Source of the DNA: Bacteriovoracia bacterium
GTDB taxonomy: Bacteria > Bdellovibrionota > UBA1018 > JBFWNL01
Length of the DNA: 64,000 bases
Direction: 5' to 3'
Assembly: GCA_050251055.1 (NCBI GenBank)
Contig: JBFWNL010000004.1
Coordinates: forward strand, 288,001 to 352,000
The notes below the pieces were generated by a model. It was not told the origin of the DNA and did no database searches. It saw nothing but the letters and a program-made list of their open reading frames with translations. This document shows, in pieces, positions 19,092 through 32,284 of this stretch. Each line of letters starts with the position of its first letter. The stretch's first letter is position 1. The translations under genes and the position numbers were made by a program.

Positions 19092-21632
19092 TTAGTGGGT
19101 AGTGGGTTCTTTGGCAGGCGAGCCGTCCTTCGCGCCGTTCGAGCCGCTTCCATCGCTTCCGGTTTCGACCGATTCGGTTGCCTCCGCGATATACTCGAGC
19201 GCCACGACCTTCTCGTCGTCCGACATGGTCATCAAACGCACGCCTTGAGTCACGCGCCCGAGCTCGGAAATCTCGCTCACGCGGATACGGATCATCTTAC
19301 CCTTGTCGGACACGATCATCACGTCATCCTTCGGCAGCACCTGCTTGGCGGCTACGATCTTGCCGTTGCGATCGGACAACTTCATGGAGAGCACGCCCTT
19401 GCCGGCGCGACTCTGCAGCCGGTATTCCTCGACCGGCGTGCGCTTGCCGTAGCCGTTCTCGGTGACGGTGAGGATCTCGCGGCCGGTGGCGTCCTTCTCC
19501 AGGGTCGCCATCGCCACGACTTGATCCTTGTCTTCTAGGGTCATGCCCGTCACACCGCGAGCGGCGCGGCCCATCGCGCGCACGTTGTCCTCGGGGAACC
19601 GGATGCACTTGCCGTCCGACGTGCTGATGAAAATATCCTTGTTGCCGTCCGTGACGCTCGCGCTGACCAGCTGGTCGCCTTCCTGCACGCCCATGGCGAT
19701 GATACCCGAACTACGCACGTTGCTGAATTCGCTGAGCGAGGTCTTCTTGATCACGCCCTGGAGCGTGACCATGACGATGTACTCGTTGTCCTTGAACTCG
19801 CGGACGGGCAGCACCTGCTTAATCCGCTCGCCCGGCGCGAGCTGGATCAGGTTCACGATCGCCTTGCCTTTGCCCGTACGGGAAATTTGCGGGATCTTGA
19901 ACACCTTCAGCCAGTACAAGCGGCCTTTATCGGTGAAGCACAGCAGGTAGCTCAGGTTGGTCGTGCGGTAGATCGCGTTGACGAAATCGTCGTCCGCAGT
20001 CGTCACGCCCTTCATGCCCTTGCCGCCGCGGTGCTGGCTCTTGAACTCGCCCAGGTCCAGCCGTTTGATGTAGCCGCGGTGGGTGATAGTGACCAGCGTC
20101 TCTTCGTCCGCGATGAGATCTTCGGCCTCGAACGCGCTCACTTCCGACATCACGATCTGCGTGCGGCGTTTATCGCCGTAGCGGTCTTTGATCTCCGTGA
20201 GTTCCTTCGAGATGATTTCGTATACCAGCGCTTCGCTGCCCAGGATCTTCTTGAGCTCGCCGATGAGCTTCATCACTTCGGCGTAGTCGTTGATGATCTT
20301 GTCGCGCTCGAGTCCCGTGAGGCGCTGCAGGCGCATGTCCAAGATGGCTTGGGCCTGGATCTCGGTGAACTGGAACTTAGCGATCAAGCCTTCCTTCGCT
20401 TCCGCCGGACCCTTGGCGCCACGAATCAGGGCGATGACGGCGTCGAGATTCTCGACCGCGCGCTTCAAGCCTTCCAAGATATGGGCTTTTTCCTCGGCCT
20501 TGCGCAGTTCATAGACGGTGCGACGGAGGACGACGTCCTTGCGATGCTCCACGAAGGCCCAGATCATCTGCTTCAAATTCATGATCTTGGGTTGATTGTG
20601 GTGAATCGCCAGGAAGGTAATACCGAAATTTTCCTGCAGGGAAGTGTGCTTGTAAAGCTGGTTCAAGATGACGTTGGAATTCTCGCCCTTCTTGATTTCG
20701 ATCACGATGCGCATGCCCGTGCGATCGGACTCATCGCGCAGATCGCCGATGCCTTCGACTTTCTTGTCGCGTACCAAATCGGCGATGCTTTCGATGAGCT
20801 TGGCCTTATTCACCTGGTAGGGGAGCTCCGTCACGATGATGCGCTGACGGTCGTTCTTCATCTCCTCGATCTCGGTCTTGGCGCGCATGGTGATCGAGCC
20901 ACGGCCTTCACGATAGGCTTGCTTTAGTCCGCTACCGTCGAAAATAAAGCCAGCGGTCGGGAAATCCGGGCCTTTCACGAACTTCAGAAGATCGTCCACG
21001 CCCAATTGCGGGTTCTGCACGAGCGCGATCGTGGCATCCACGATCTCGGTCATATTGTGGGGAGGAATATTGGTCGCCATCCCGACGGCGATACCGCTGG
21101 AACCGTTGACGAGCAGGTTCGGGAAACGTGACGGCATGACGAGTGGTTCTTTTAAGCTGTCGTCATAGTTGGGACCGAAATCGACCGTCTCTTTTTCCAG
21201 ATCCGCGAGGAGCTCGTCGGTGATCCGGGACATGCGGACTTCCGTATAGCGCATGGCCGCCGCGAAATCGCCGTCGATGGACCCGAAGTTCCCCTGGCCA
21301 TCCACTAACGGGTAGCGAAGCGAGAAGTCCTGCGCCATACGGACAATCGTGTCGTAGACGGCGGTGTCGCCGTGCGGATGGTACTTACCGATGACGTCCC
21401 CGACCACGCGGGCGGACTTCTTGTAAGGTTTATTGTACGTGTTGCCGAGCTCGTGCATCGCGTACAGGACGCGGCGGTGCACCGGCTTCAAACCGTCGCG
21501 CACGTCCGGGAGCGCGCGCCCGATGATCACGCTCATGGCGTAATCAAGATAGGCTCCCCGCATTTCGTCTTCGATTTTCACGTCGACGGTGTTCGAGATG
21601 GGAGCGGAAGGAGGAGTAGTCAGTTCAGCCAT
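19092..21632 (-). CDS. gyrA: DNA gyrase subunit A
   Basis: [25 protein letters not shown] and GyrA-box QHRGGKG. Confidence 0.99.
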   Translation of the reverse strand: MAELTTPPSAPISNTVDVKIEDEMRGAYLDYAMSVIIGRALPDVRDGLKPVHRRVLYAMHELGNTYNKPYKKSARVVGDVIGKYHPHGDTAVYDTIVRMAQDFSLRYPLVDGQGNFGSIDGDFAAAMRYTEVRMSRITDELLADLEKETVDFGPNYDDSLKEPLVMPSRFPNLLVNGSSGIAVGMATNIPPHNMTEIVDATIALVQNPQLGVDDLLKFVKGPDFPTAGFIFDGSGLKQAYREGRGSITMRAKTEIEEMKNDRQRIIVTELPYQVNKAKLIESIADLVRDKKVEGIGDLRDESDRTGMRIVIEIKKGENSNVILNQLYKHTSLQENFGITFLAIHHNQPKIMNLKQMIWAFVEHRKDVVLRRTVYELRKAEEKAHILEGLKRAVENLDAVIALIRGAKGPAEAKEGLIAKFQFTEIQAQAILDMRLQRLTGLERDKIINDYAEVMKLIGELKKILGSEALVYEIISKELTEIKDRYGDKRRTQIVMSEVSAFEAEDLIADEETLVTITHRGYIKRLDLGEFKSQHRGGKGMKGVTTADDDFVNAIYRTTNLSYLLCFTDKGRLYWLKVFKIPQISRTGKGKAIVNLIQLAPGERIKQVLPVREFKDNEYIVMVTLQGVIKKTSLSEFSNVRSSGIIAMGVQEGDQLVSASVTDGNKDIFISTSDGKCIRFPEDNVRAMGRAARGVTGMTLEDKDQVVAMATLEKDATGREILTVTENGYGKRTPVEEYRLQSRAGKGVLSMKLSDRNGKIVAAKQVLPKDDVMIVSDKGKMIRIRVSEISELGRVTQGVRLMTMSDDEKVVALEYIAEATESVETGSDGSGSNGAKDGSPAKEPTTH

Positions 21633-21641
21633 AGATCACGT

Positions 21642-22661
21642 TTACCAGCGCATCAGCATCGAGCCCCACGTGAAACCGCTACCGAAAGTAGCGGAACACA
21701 CGAGCATGCCGCGCTTCAATTTCCCTTCTCTCACCGCCGTATCCATCCCCAACGGGATGGTCGCGGCGGTCGTGTTCGCGAATCGATCAATCGTATTGAA
21801 ACATTTATCAGCTGGGATCCCCAGCTGCTTGGCCACCATCTCGTTGATGCGCAGATTAGCCTGGTGGAAGATGAAGAGATCCACTTCCTCGATCTTCTTT
21901 CCGTTCGCGGCCAGTGCTTCCAGCACCGCTTCAGGCATGCGCTTGGAGGCGTGCACGAAAACCGTCTTGCCGTTCATCTTCGGAAAAATGTCCCGGTCTT
22001 CCACCATCTTCGGATGAAAACGGGCGCCGTACTCGAAATCCATCCCTAAGCCCGGCAGCCAGAGCTCCTTGCGGTATTTGCCGTCGGCATGCAGATGCGT
22101 GGAGTAGATGTAAGAATCTTTCTGATCATCCTTCACTTCGCAGGCGCCCAGCACGGCGGCCGAAGCGGCATCGCCAAAGAGCACGGACACGTCGCGGCCA
22201 TGGTCGGAAAGGTCCAGGCCCTTGGAGTGAACTTCCGCGCCCACCACGAGCACTTTTTTATACATGCCCGTACGGATGAATTGATCGGCGATCGAAACGC
22301 CATAGATAAAGCCGGAGCACTGTTGGCGAACATCCAGCGCCGGGATTTCCGGCACCCCCAGCTTGTCTTGAAGGGCACAGGCCGTACCGGGAAACTCGTT
22401 ATCCGGGCTGAGGGTGGCCAAGATAATCAGATCGATCTCTTTCTTGTCGATCTTCGCATCCGCGATGGCCTTTTCGGAGGCCATGAGGGCCAGATCCGAG
22501 GTCGTCGTTTCTTTTTTATCCACCCAATAACGTTGCTTGATCCCGGTGCGCTGCTGAATCCACTCGTCGGACGTATCCATGTACTGCTTGAGGTCGTCGT
22601 TCTTCACGACCCTGGGCGGCAGGTAAGATCCGGTTCCGAGAATGCGCGAACGCGTTTTCAT
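21642..22661 (-). CDS. fabH: 3-oxoacyl-ACP synthase III family protein
   Basis: DTSDEWIQQRTGI, QQCSGF, LFGD.A, FHQAN.RI, NTTAATIP and FGSGFTWG. Confidence 0.92.
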   Translation of the reverse strand: MKTRSRILGTGSYLPPRVVKNDDLKQYMDTSDEWIQQRTGIKQRYWVDKKETTTSDLALMASEKAIADAKIDKKEIDLIILATLSPDNEFPGTACALQDKLGVPEIPALDVRQQCSGFIYGVSIADQFIRTGMYKKVLVVGAEVHSKGLDLSDHGRDVSVLFGDAASAAVLGACEVKDDQKDSYIYSTHLHADGKYRKELWLPGLGMDFEYGARFHPKMVEDRDIFPKMNGKTVFVHASKRMPEAVLEALAANGKKIEEVDLFIFHQANLRINEMVAKQLGIPADKCFNTIDRFANTTAATIPLGMDTAVREGKLKRGMLVCSATFGSGFTWGSMLMRW

Positions 22662-22680
22662 AACTCCTTCAAACAGCTCC

Positions 22681-25113
<2,433 letters not shown>

Positions 25114-25334
25114 TTAAGCGATGCGGAAGTCGGTGAAAATTTTCTTATCTTTAGTTATCCAGGTGTAGCGACGGCGGATGGCAAAGTCCAGGGAAATTAG
25201 TAAATTCAACCCCTCGTTATCATTTAAAAAAATGGCTGATTCTCTGCGTTTTTTTTCACTCAAAATGAGTCTGGATTCTGGAGACAACAACACGTCGCAT
25301 TAATAGATCTTATCTCTAAAACATATGTGGTGCG

Positions 25335-26588
25335 TTAGTTAGCGGATTCGGCAGAGGAGATAAATTCGGCCGCCCTGCCGGCGCTGACGCGAAATTTTTT
25401 CCCGGAAGTTCCCAACGCGATGGGCTCTCGAGGAGTAATCCACTCCACGTCTTCCGTGGTGGTCACGAAAACCTGCAAGCTCGTCTCGAGGAGCATCTCG
25501 AGTAGGAAGGTGCGGCGGTCCCGATCGAGCTCCGACGAAAAGTCATCCAACAGAAGCAGGGGATTCAAGCCGGTGGCCTGCCGGAACATCTGGATTTCGA
25601 CGAGTTTCAGCGCCAGGAGCACCGATCGAGTCTCTCCCTGCGATCCGTAACCCTTTAAAGCCTGGCTTCCGATTTGAAAAAGCCAATCATCGCGATGCGG
25701 GCCAGCCAGGGTCGTGCCGGCGCGCCACTCGGCGCTTTCGAGTTTCGTCAGCTCAGCGGCCAATCGATTCCGAATACGTCCCAGAGCGTCTGCGGGGTCC
25801 AAATCAGGAAGCTGAACTCGATTTAAGTCGTCGCCCCCCAATGCCAATCCGTTTTCCTTCGCCAGCCACTTGGAACTGTAGAACGCATCGGTGGAATTCT
25901 GGGTGGGCGCGATTCGCTGCAGCACTGGTTTGATGTTCTCGTTTACGCGCTTGAGCCACTCAAGGCGCTTGAGGGTGATTTCAGAACCGCTCTCAACCAA
26001 TTCTTGGGTGAATTCTTGAAAAATGGTCCGAACGGAGGTCTCAGGCGATTTTAAAATCGCATTACGCTGCTCTAATGCCCGTTTATAGCGACGAAGTGCC
26101 GTCAGGTAGTCCAGGTCTTCGGATCCGATGACTTGGTCCAGGTAGGAGCGCCGAATAGAAGGTTCGCCCCGAACCAATTGGTGGTCGGAGGGATTGAAAA
26201 CGATCGCATGAAACCCTTTGAGAAATGATTCGAAGCGTTGGCTCACATAAGCGAGCGCACTTCGACAAGGTTTGTCATTGATAAACGCGGACTGCGTGCT
26301 TCGCTTCCGAAGGAGATCTTTTCTTTCGAAGACGACCTGGAAGCGACTTATGGAATCATCCTGGATGATCTCGCAGCCGATCTCGCCCGTCATGGTTTCA
26401 TTTTGGATCAAGTCATCCACCTTCGCCCCCCGGAAGGAGCGGAGCGTAGCAAGCAGATGAATCGCCTCAATGATACTGGTCTTGCCTTGGGCGTTCGCCC
26501 CGATGAAAAAATTCAACCGCCCATCGGGCTCGATCGTGAGCTCGGCGATGTTCCGGAAGTTCCGAAAGTAAAGCTTCTGGAGTCTCAC
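25335..26588 (-). CDS. recF: DNA replication/repair protein RecF
   Basis: NFRN, GANAQGKT, GPHRDD, GSQGE and LLLDD. Confidence 0.96.
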   Translation of the reverse strand: MRLQKLYFRNFRNIAELTIEPDGRLNFFIGANAQGKTSIIEAIHLLATLRSFRGAKVDDLIQNETMTGEIGCEIIQDDSISRFQVVFERKDLLRKRSTQSAFINDKPCRSALAYVSQRFESFLKGFHAIVFNPSDHQLVRGEPSIRRSYLDQVIGSEDLDYLTALRRYKRALEQRNAILKSPETSVRTIFQEFTQELVESGSEITLKRLEWLKRVNENIKPVLQRIAPTQNSTDAFYSSKWLAKENGLALGGDDLNRVQLPDLDPADALGRIRNRLAAELTKLESAEWRAGTTLAGPHRDDWLFQIGSQALKGYGSQGETRSVLLALKLVEIQMFRQATGLNPLLLLDDFSSELDRDRRTFLLEMLLETSLQVFVTTTEDVEWITPREPIALGTSGKKFRVSAGRAAEFISSAESAN

Positions 26589-27694
26589 TAGATCCGCATT
26601 GGCATGACGATATAAGTGTGGCTTTTTTGCTCGGCGCCTTGGAACACGCCGGGATTCAGGCGGTCTTTGAATTTAAATTCCACCTTCGAGGATTGCAGCA
26701 CCGGCAGGCAATCCAGGAGATACTTGGCGTTGAAGCCAATTTCCACGGGCTCGCCTTTGTATTCGATATCGAGCTCCTCGCGGGCTTCACCCATGTCCGG
26801 ATTGCTGGAAGTAATCACCATCATGCCGTTTTCGACGGCGAACTTGATGCCGCGACTTTTTTCGTGCGCAAGCAAGCTCACGCGGCGGACGGCAGCGGTG
26901 AGCGCTTCGCGATCTACGAAAGCAGAACGGTCCACGGCTTTCGGAATGACTTGCTTGTAATCCGGATACTCGCCTTCGATCAGGCGAACGAAAAGGTAAG
27001 TGTCGTTCAAATGGGCGAAGATATAACCGCGATCAAACGCTAGACCGATGGTTTCACCGCCTTCGTCGAGCATCTTCTTCAGCTCGCCCAAGCCCTTCTT
27101 CGGAATAATCATTCCGCGCTTCATCTCCGGAGCTTTCAGAAAGACTTCTTGGTCGATGAACGAGAGCCGATGCCCGTCCGTGGCCGTCATTCGCATCAAA
27201 TTATTTTCCAAAGGCTCGAAAAACACGCCGCTCAGATTGTAACGGGTGGCGTCCGTCGAAACGGCGAAGGAAGTTTTATTCACCATGTCCGAGAGAGTCG
27301 CGACCTTGGCTTGAAAATATTCTTTTTCTTCGTAATTCGGTAAGGCGGGGTATTCGTCGGCCGACAGGCTTACGACGTTGAACTTGGATTTACCGCAAAC
27401 GAGCTCGATCCAATCGTTATTCTTACGGGAGATCTCCAAAGGCTTGCTAGGGAGTTCCTTGACGATGTCCAAGAAGTTCTTGGCGGAGAGGGTGATACGA
27501 CCATCTTGCGAAGCTTGCACGGGGAGAGTGACCTTCACGCCGACTTCCAGATCGGTCGCTTGCAATTCCAAACGTCCGTCTTTCACATGGCAGAGAATAT
27601 TGGCCAGGATCTGAACGGTGTTCTTCTTTTCCACGACGGATTGAACCTTCTGGAGCGCGTTCAATAACTGATCCCGATCGATGGTAAACTTCAT
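26588..27694 (-). CDS. dnaN: DNA polymerase III beta clamp
   Basis: ATDLE, ATDGHRL, GEYPDY, GFNAKYL and VMPMR. Confidence 0.98.
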   Translation of the reverse strand: MKFTIDRDQLLNALQKVQSVVEKKNTVQILANILCHVKDGRLELQATDLEVGVKVTLPVQASQDGRITLSAKNFLDIVKELPSKPLEISRKNNDWIELVCGKSKFNVVSLSADEYPALPNYEEKEYFQAKVATLSDMVNKTSFAVSTDATRYNLSGVFFEPLENNLMRMTATDGHRLSFIDQEVFLKAPEMKRGMIIPKKGLGELKKMLDEGGETIGLAFDRGYIFAHLNDTYLFVRLIEGEYPDYKQVIPKAVDRSAFVDREALTAAVRRVSLLAHEKSRGIKFAVENGMMVITSSNPDMGEAREELDIEYKGEPVEIGFNAKYLLDCLPVLQSSKVEFKFKDRLNPGVFQGAEQKSHTYIVMPMRI

Positions 27695-27749
27695 CTCGAA
27701 CTTCCCCTTACTGAAATGGAATTTGGTGGTCTAACCCCGAGCCCTCTTC

Positions 27750-28240
27750 TCATAAGAATATATATATATAAAGATAGTAGTCGTAGTAGAGGACCCGTTT
27801 TTGTGGATAACCTAATTAACCCCTGAATACCGCAAGTCATTTGGGTTTCAAAACCCCGTTGAAAACCCTGGGGATGGTTTTGATGATTTTGGGGATAAGT
27901 TTTAAAAACCGGACTTCCGGCGGTTATCCCCAGATAAAATTCAAAATCGCCGGGATAAGTTTTAGTACTCGGAAGTATTTCTCAAATATTTGGCGTTTCT
28001 TGCGTGCGCTTTCAGATTTATCCCCCGCTATCCACAAGGGTTGCCGGTTTTCCACACCGATTTTTTCGGAAGTTTGTGTATAACGAGCTGGGGATAAGTG
28101 GGTAAATGAAAATTCTTTTTTCTTTCTATAGGTTATCAAAATAAGCCCTGTGGATAGTCAGGGGATAACTCTGAATAGTGGATATCTTTTCCAGGTGGAA
28201 TACAGACTTATCCACGTGGATTACCCAGGTTTATCCACGT
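27750..28240. other. oriC: Chromosomal replication origin oriC
   Basis: Lies in the dnaA-dnaN intergenic region. (AT)n DUE at 27758-27770; TAG trios at 27775-27789; perfect DnaA box TGTGGATAA at 27802-27810; more than 10 further box-like 9-mers (e.g. 28028, 28048, 28075, 28149, 28208, 28231). Confidence 0.93.
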
Positions 28241-28320
28241 AAATTTCTTACCTGATAAAATCAAACCAGCCATCGGATCGGTTGGACGGACAGAATCGGG
28301 GTTTTTATGACGCAGACGGT

Positions 28321-29757
28321 TTAGAGTTGGTTTTGCAGGGCTTCGACGGCGGAACGGATTTCCGTGTCGTTGGAGACGCCTTCTTCGATCTTGTTGCAGG
28401 CGTGCAGGATCGTCGTGTGATCCTTGCCGCCGAAGAAGTTGCCGATCTCCTTGTAGCCCAACCCCGTGTACTTGCGGATGAGGTACATGGCGATTTGACG
28501 GGGCATCGCTACCTTCTGCGCGCGGCTCGTGGATTTCAGATCCTGCACGCGAATGTGGTAGTGCTTGGCGACCACGTTTTGGATGGTCTCGATCGTGATC
28601 TGCGAGCTCTTTTCCGGGATGCTCGCTTTGATCTCTTGCTTCGCCATTTCGAGCGAGATTTCCGCGCCGGTGAGCGAGGACTGCGCTTGGAGACGGATCA
28701 AGATACCCTCGAGCTCGCGCACGTTAGACTTAATGTGCGTGGCGAGGAAGATCGCCACGTCGTCGGGAAGATAAATATCGTCGCGCTCGGCTTTCGCCTT
28801 TAAGATCGCGATCCGCGTTTCGATTTCGGGCGGGTTGATGTCCGACACCAAACCCCATTCGAAGCGGGTGCGAATACGTTCCTCGAGCTTCTCGATTTCC
28901 TTCGGTGGACGGTCGCTGGTGACGACGATCTGCCGTTTTGCCCCGTAAAGCGCGTTAAAAGTATGGAAAAACTCTTCTTCCGTCTGCTTCTTGCCGGCGA
29001 TGAACTGGATATCGTCGATCAAGAGCACGTCGTAGCTGTCGCGGTACTTCTTCCGGAACTGCGGCATGCGCTGGTGCTGGAGCGAGTCGATCAACTCGTT
29101 CACGAAGCTTTCGGCCGAAAGGTAGGCCACCCGGGCCTTGGGATTATGCGAGGTCACGTGATTGGCGACGGCATGAAGTAAGTGAGTTTTTCCGAGGCCT
29201 GGCGGGCTGTAGATGAAAAGCGGGTTGTATTGCGCGCCCGGTTTTTCGGCGACGGCCACGGCCGAAGCGTGGGCGAACTGGTTGCTGTTCCCGATCACGA
29301 AATTTTCGAACGTATAGCGGGCATCAATCGGTAAGTGCTCAAAAGCCCGGCGGTCTTCCGCGTGCAAAACCACGCCGCGGGCGATCTCGGGCGTGGATTC
29401 CAGAGGAGAGGACGTCGGCGGCTGGCTGTACGCGACCGCGGGCGGGAGATCTGTATTCAGATCGGAGCGCACCTTCGGTCCGGCCGTCAATTCCAGGCGG
29501 CAAGGCTTGCCCGTGACCTGCACGAGCGCCGACTCGATGAGGTTGCGGTAGTTGTCGCGCACCCAACCCACCGTGAAATCATTCGCGGCGGAAAGGTGGA
29601 AGACGATCTCGGTGAGGTTTTCCTCGGTCTTTTGGAATTCAAGCGGTTGGATCCAAGCCTTGAGTTGGCTTTCGACCGCGTTTTGCTCCATGATCCGATA
29701 GGCTGCCTGCCAGACTTCGGGCCATTTCGATGAATCTTGTTCCAGTGAAGTTCTCAT
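28321..29757 (-). CDS. dnaA: Chromosomal replication initiator
   Basis: YTFENFV.G.SN, NPLFIY..PGLGKTHL, LLIDDIQF, NVRELEG and GGKDHTT. Confidence 0.99.
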   Translation of the reverse strand: MRTSLEQDSSKWPEVWQAAYRIMEQNAVESQLKAWIQPLEFQKTEENLTEIVFHLSAANDFTVGWVRDNYRNLIESALVQVTGKPCRLELTAGPKVRSDLNTDLPPAVAYSQPPTSSPLESTPEIARGVVLHAEDRRAFEHLPIDARYTFENFVIGNSNQFAHASAVAVAEKPGAQYNPLFIYSPPGLGKTHLLHAVANHVTSHNPKARVAYLSAESFVNELIDSLQHQRMPQFRKKYRDSYDVLLIDDIQFIAGKKQTEEEFFHTFNALYGAKRQIVVTSDRPPKEIEKLEERIRTRFEWGLVSDINPPEIETRIAILKAKAERDDIYLPDDVAIFLATHIKSNVRELEGILIRLQAQSSLTGAEISLEMAKQEIKASIPEKSSQITIETIQNVVAKHYHIRVQDLKSTSRAQKVAMPRQIAMYLIRKYTGLGYKEIGNFFGGKDHTTILHACNKIEEGVSNDTEIRSAVEALQNQL

Positions 29758-29877
29758 ACCGCTTGAAGGTGTAGGGGCGTAGCATGGGTTATTTGGCCTG
29801 GCAATGGGGTGCTTGACTTTCCCGGCCTAGTCCGATAATTCGAACATCTAGATTTTCTTTAGGATTTAGGTGCCATC

Positions 29878-30027
29878 ATGAAAAGAACATTTCAACCCAG
29901 CAGAACGAAGCGTCGCCGTACCCACGGGTTCCGTGCGCGCATGAAGACGAAGAACGGCCAGAAGGTTTTGAGCCGCCGTCGCGCCCGCGGCCGCAAGCGC
30001 TTGACCGCCAAGCGCGCCGCTAAGTAA
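29878..30027 (+). CDS. rpmH: 50S ribosomal protein L34
   Basis: Manual translation gives [49 protein letters not shown] (below the ORF-track cutoff). Confidence 0.98.
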   Translation: MKRTFQPSRTKRRRTHGFRARMKTKNGQKVLSRRRARGRKRLTAKRAAK

Positions 30028-30045
30028 TTTCGTTCACCCGATTAC

Positions 30046-30399
30046 GTGATTTCCGGTTTTGGTACCCAGCGAAAGCTGCGGTTTCGCTGGCAGTTTCGGC
30101 GATTCTTCGGAGAGCGAGAAGTTTTTCGCCTCCAGGAGTGCGTGGTCTTCAGAATTCCCAATAATTTGAATGGCTACCGCCTCGGCATGACTTTCAAGGC
30201 CCGGGCTTCTTCCGTAGACCGCAATAAAGTGCGTCGGCAGGTCCGCGAAACTTTCCGGCAGCTGGAACCATTTCTAGGAAGTTTTGACTATAATGTGGTA
30301 ATTCCCCAGCAGAAATCCATTAGTTACGTTTACGCTCTCCGCTTGAGGGACAACCTGAAACATGAGTTCAAATCGGCGCTCCGCAAGTCGCATCCGTAG
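30046..30399 (+). CDS. rnpA: Ribonuclease P protein component
   Basis: RLG...VDRNKVRRQVRE (RNR motif); synteny. Confidence 0.88.
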   Translation: MISGFGTQRKLRFRWQFRRFFGEREVFRLQECVVFRIPNNLNGYRLGMTFKARASSVDRNKVRRQVRETFRQLEPFLGSFDYNVVIPQQKSISYVYALRLRDNLKHEFKSALRKSHP

Positions 30400-30694
30400 C
30401 CAGGCCCAAGGTAAAAAGTCCGGGAAGTCGGGCCGCGCCCAGTCGCGCCAGCGGGCGCGTACGTCGCGGCCAAAACTCCTCGGGGAGCTGGGGGCGATCC
30501 TGGTTATCGCCTATCAAAGTGGGATTTCACCCCTGATCCATATGCTGGCGGGCCCCGGTTTCGGGTGCCGCTTTCAACCCACGTGCAGTGAGTACGCGAA
30601 GTCGGCCCTGCGCGAGCATGGGTTAATTCACGGGAGCTGGCTGGCCGTGCGCCGGATTTCCAAGTGCCAACCCTTTTATCGCGAGGCCGCTTAA
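30362..30694 (+). CDS. yidD: Membrane protein insertion efficiency factor
   Basis: YQ..ISP, CRFQPTCSEY and RISKCQPF; start uncertain. Confidence 0.9.
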   Translation: MSSNRRSASRIRSQAQGKKSGKSGRAQSRQRARTSRPKLLGELGAILVIAYQSGISPLIHMLAGPGFGCRFQPTCSEYAKSALREHGLIHGSWLAVRRISKCQPFYREAA

Positions 30695-32284
30695 ATGGAC
30701 CGTAGAACCATCGTTGCTCTGACTCTCTGCCTGTTGATTTTCGTCGGTTGGCAGGAACTTTACCTGAAAAAACAGGTGGCCCCGGTGCCTCCGCCCGCTC
30801 CCGCGGCGAATACGGCTTCGACCGCTCCGCCGCCGGTAGCTACTGGCGCGGAGGCCGCCGCCCGGTTGGCCCCCGCCATCGAACCCGCAAAGAATCTGCC
30901 GGAAACGAACGAGGCGGTGTCCATGCATACCGGGGAAGCGTTCATCTCCTCCCGGAATGCGGTGCTCTCCAATTGGAGCATGAAGGACTATCAGATGAGT
31001 CAGGCCGCGGATGCGCGCCACGTCGATCTGCACACCCTGACGTTCGAGAGTGAAAATATCCGCCTGGGGTTTGATTCGCCGGAGCTGGCCTATCTGAACC
31101 AAGTGAACGGACGCCTTACGCGCGAAAACGGCGCGTTGATTTGGCTCTACGAAGACGCGAACGTGCGGATTCAACGCGACGTGAAGCACGCCGCGGATGC
31201 GGTGGCGCTCGATCTCACCTGGAATATCCAATTCAAAAAAACCCCGGCGAAGGTCGCGTTCGTATCGATGCTGGGCCAGGCGCCCAAGGATGATCCGGAA
31301 GCGCATGATCGTAAGATCGGGTACTTCCGCAAGGAGCTCCACAAACACGCGCTCAATAGCTTGCCCGAGAAGACGGAGGCGGTGGAAGCGCCCGTGAAGT
31401 GGGTCGCCCTGATGAACCGTTATTTCACGTTGGCGATGGTGAATCAAAGCGCGCAACCTCCCGCCGCGGTTATTCAGCCGCTGGGTGTGCACCAAGTGAT
31501 CGGCAGCTTGGCTTATCCAATTACCGGCAATTCGCTGATCATCCCCTTGAAGGTTTACTTCGGCCCGAAGCACCTGGATCTGTTGCGCGCGGTTGACGTC
31601 TCGCTCGATACCGCCGTGGATTTCGGCTGGTTCACGATCATCGCGTATCCGTTGCTCTGGCTCCTGAAGTGGTTTTACGGATTTTTCCATAATTACGGCG
31701 TCGCCATTATCTGCCTGACGCTGGTGGTCCGCTTGATCACGTTCCCGCTCAACTACAAGAGCATGGTGAACATGAAGAAAATGGCGGTTTTGCAGCCACA
31801 AATCCAGGCCATGCGGGAAAAATATAAAGACGACCCCCAAGCGATGAACAAGGAAATGCTCACGTTCATGCGCACGCAGGGCTACAACCCCGTGGCGGGC
31901 TGTTTGCCGATCCTGGTGCAGATGCCGATTTTCTTCGCGCTTTACCAGGTGCTCTACAGCGCGGTCGAGCTCTACCAGGCGCCGTTCGCGCTGTGGATTC
32001 ACGATCTTTCGCTCAAGGATCCGTACTACGTGACGCCGATTTTGGTGACGGCGGTGTTTTATTTCCAGCAGAAGTTGACGCCGAATACGGTTACCGATCC
32101 CGCGCAGCAGAAGATGCTGCAGTTCATGCCGATCATTTTCGGCGTTTTCATGGCCAACACCCCGTCGGGTCTCGGGGTGTATTTCTTTGTGAACGCATTA
32201 TCCGGGATCATCCAGCAGCAGCTGTTGAACAAGAAACTAGGCCCCTCCACGCAGGTGCCTACCGTTGTCGCCCGCGCCCGTTAA
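30695..32284 (+). CDS. yidC: Membrane protein insertase
   Basis: YFGPK, VDFGWF, NYGVAII, GCLPILVQMPIFFALY and WIHDLS.KDPYY. Confidence 0.97.
   Translation: MDRRTIVALTLCLLIFVGWQELYLKKQVAPVPPPAPAANTASTAPPPVATGAEAAARLAPAIEPAKNLPETNEAVSMHTGEAFISSRNAVLSNWSMKDYQMSQAADARHVDLHTLTFESENIRLGFDSPELAYLNQVNGRLTRENGALIWLYEDANVRIQRDVKHAADAVALDLTWNIQFKKTPAKVAFVSMLGQAPKDDPEAHDRKIGYFRKELHKHALNSLPEKTEAVEAPVKWVALMNRYFTLAMVNQSAQPPAAVIQPLGVHQVIGSLAYPITGNSLIIPLKVYFGPKHLDLLRAVDVSLDTAVDFGWFTIIAYPLLWLLKWFYGFFHNYGVAIICLTLVVRLITFPLNYKSMVNMKKMAVLQPQIQAMREKYKDDPQAMNKEMLTFMRTQGYNPVAGCLPILVQMPIFFALYQVLYSAVELYQAPFALWIHDLSLKDPYYVTPILVTAVFYFQQKLTPNTVTDPAQQKMLQFMPIIFGVFMANTPSGLGVYFFVNALSGIIQQQLLNKKLGPSTQVPTVVARAR

Noticed and set aside
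27758-27770. (AT)n microsatellite as a contingency locus
   Set aside because: Better explained as the DUE of oriC.
30362-30694. YidD with a basic N-terminal extension and no GGxDPVP tail, considered as a pseudogene
   Set aside because: The core Cys motifs are intact and the stop abuts the yidC start; terminal variation is plausible and the start is uncertain.
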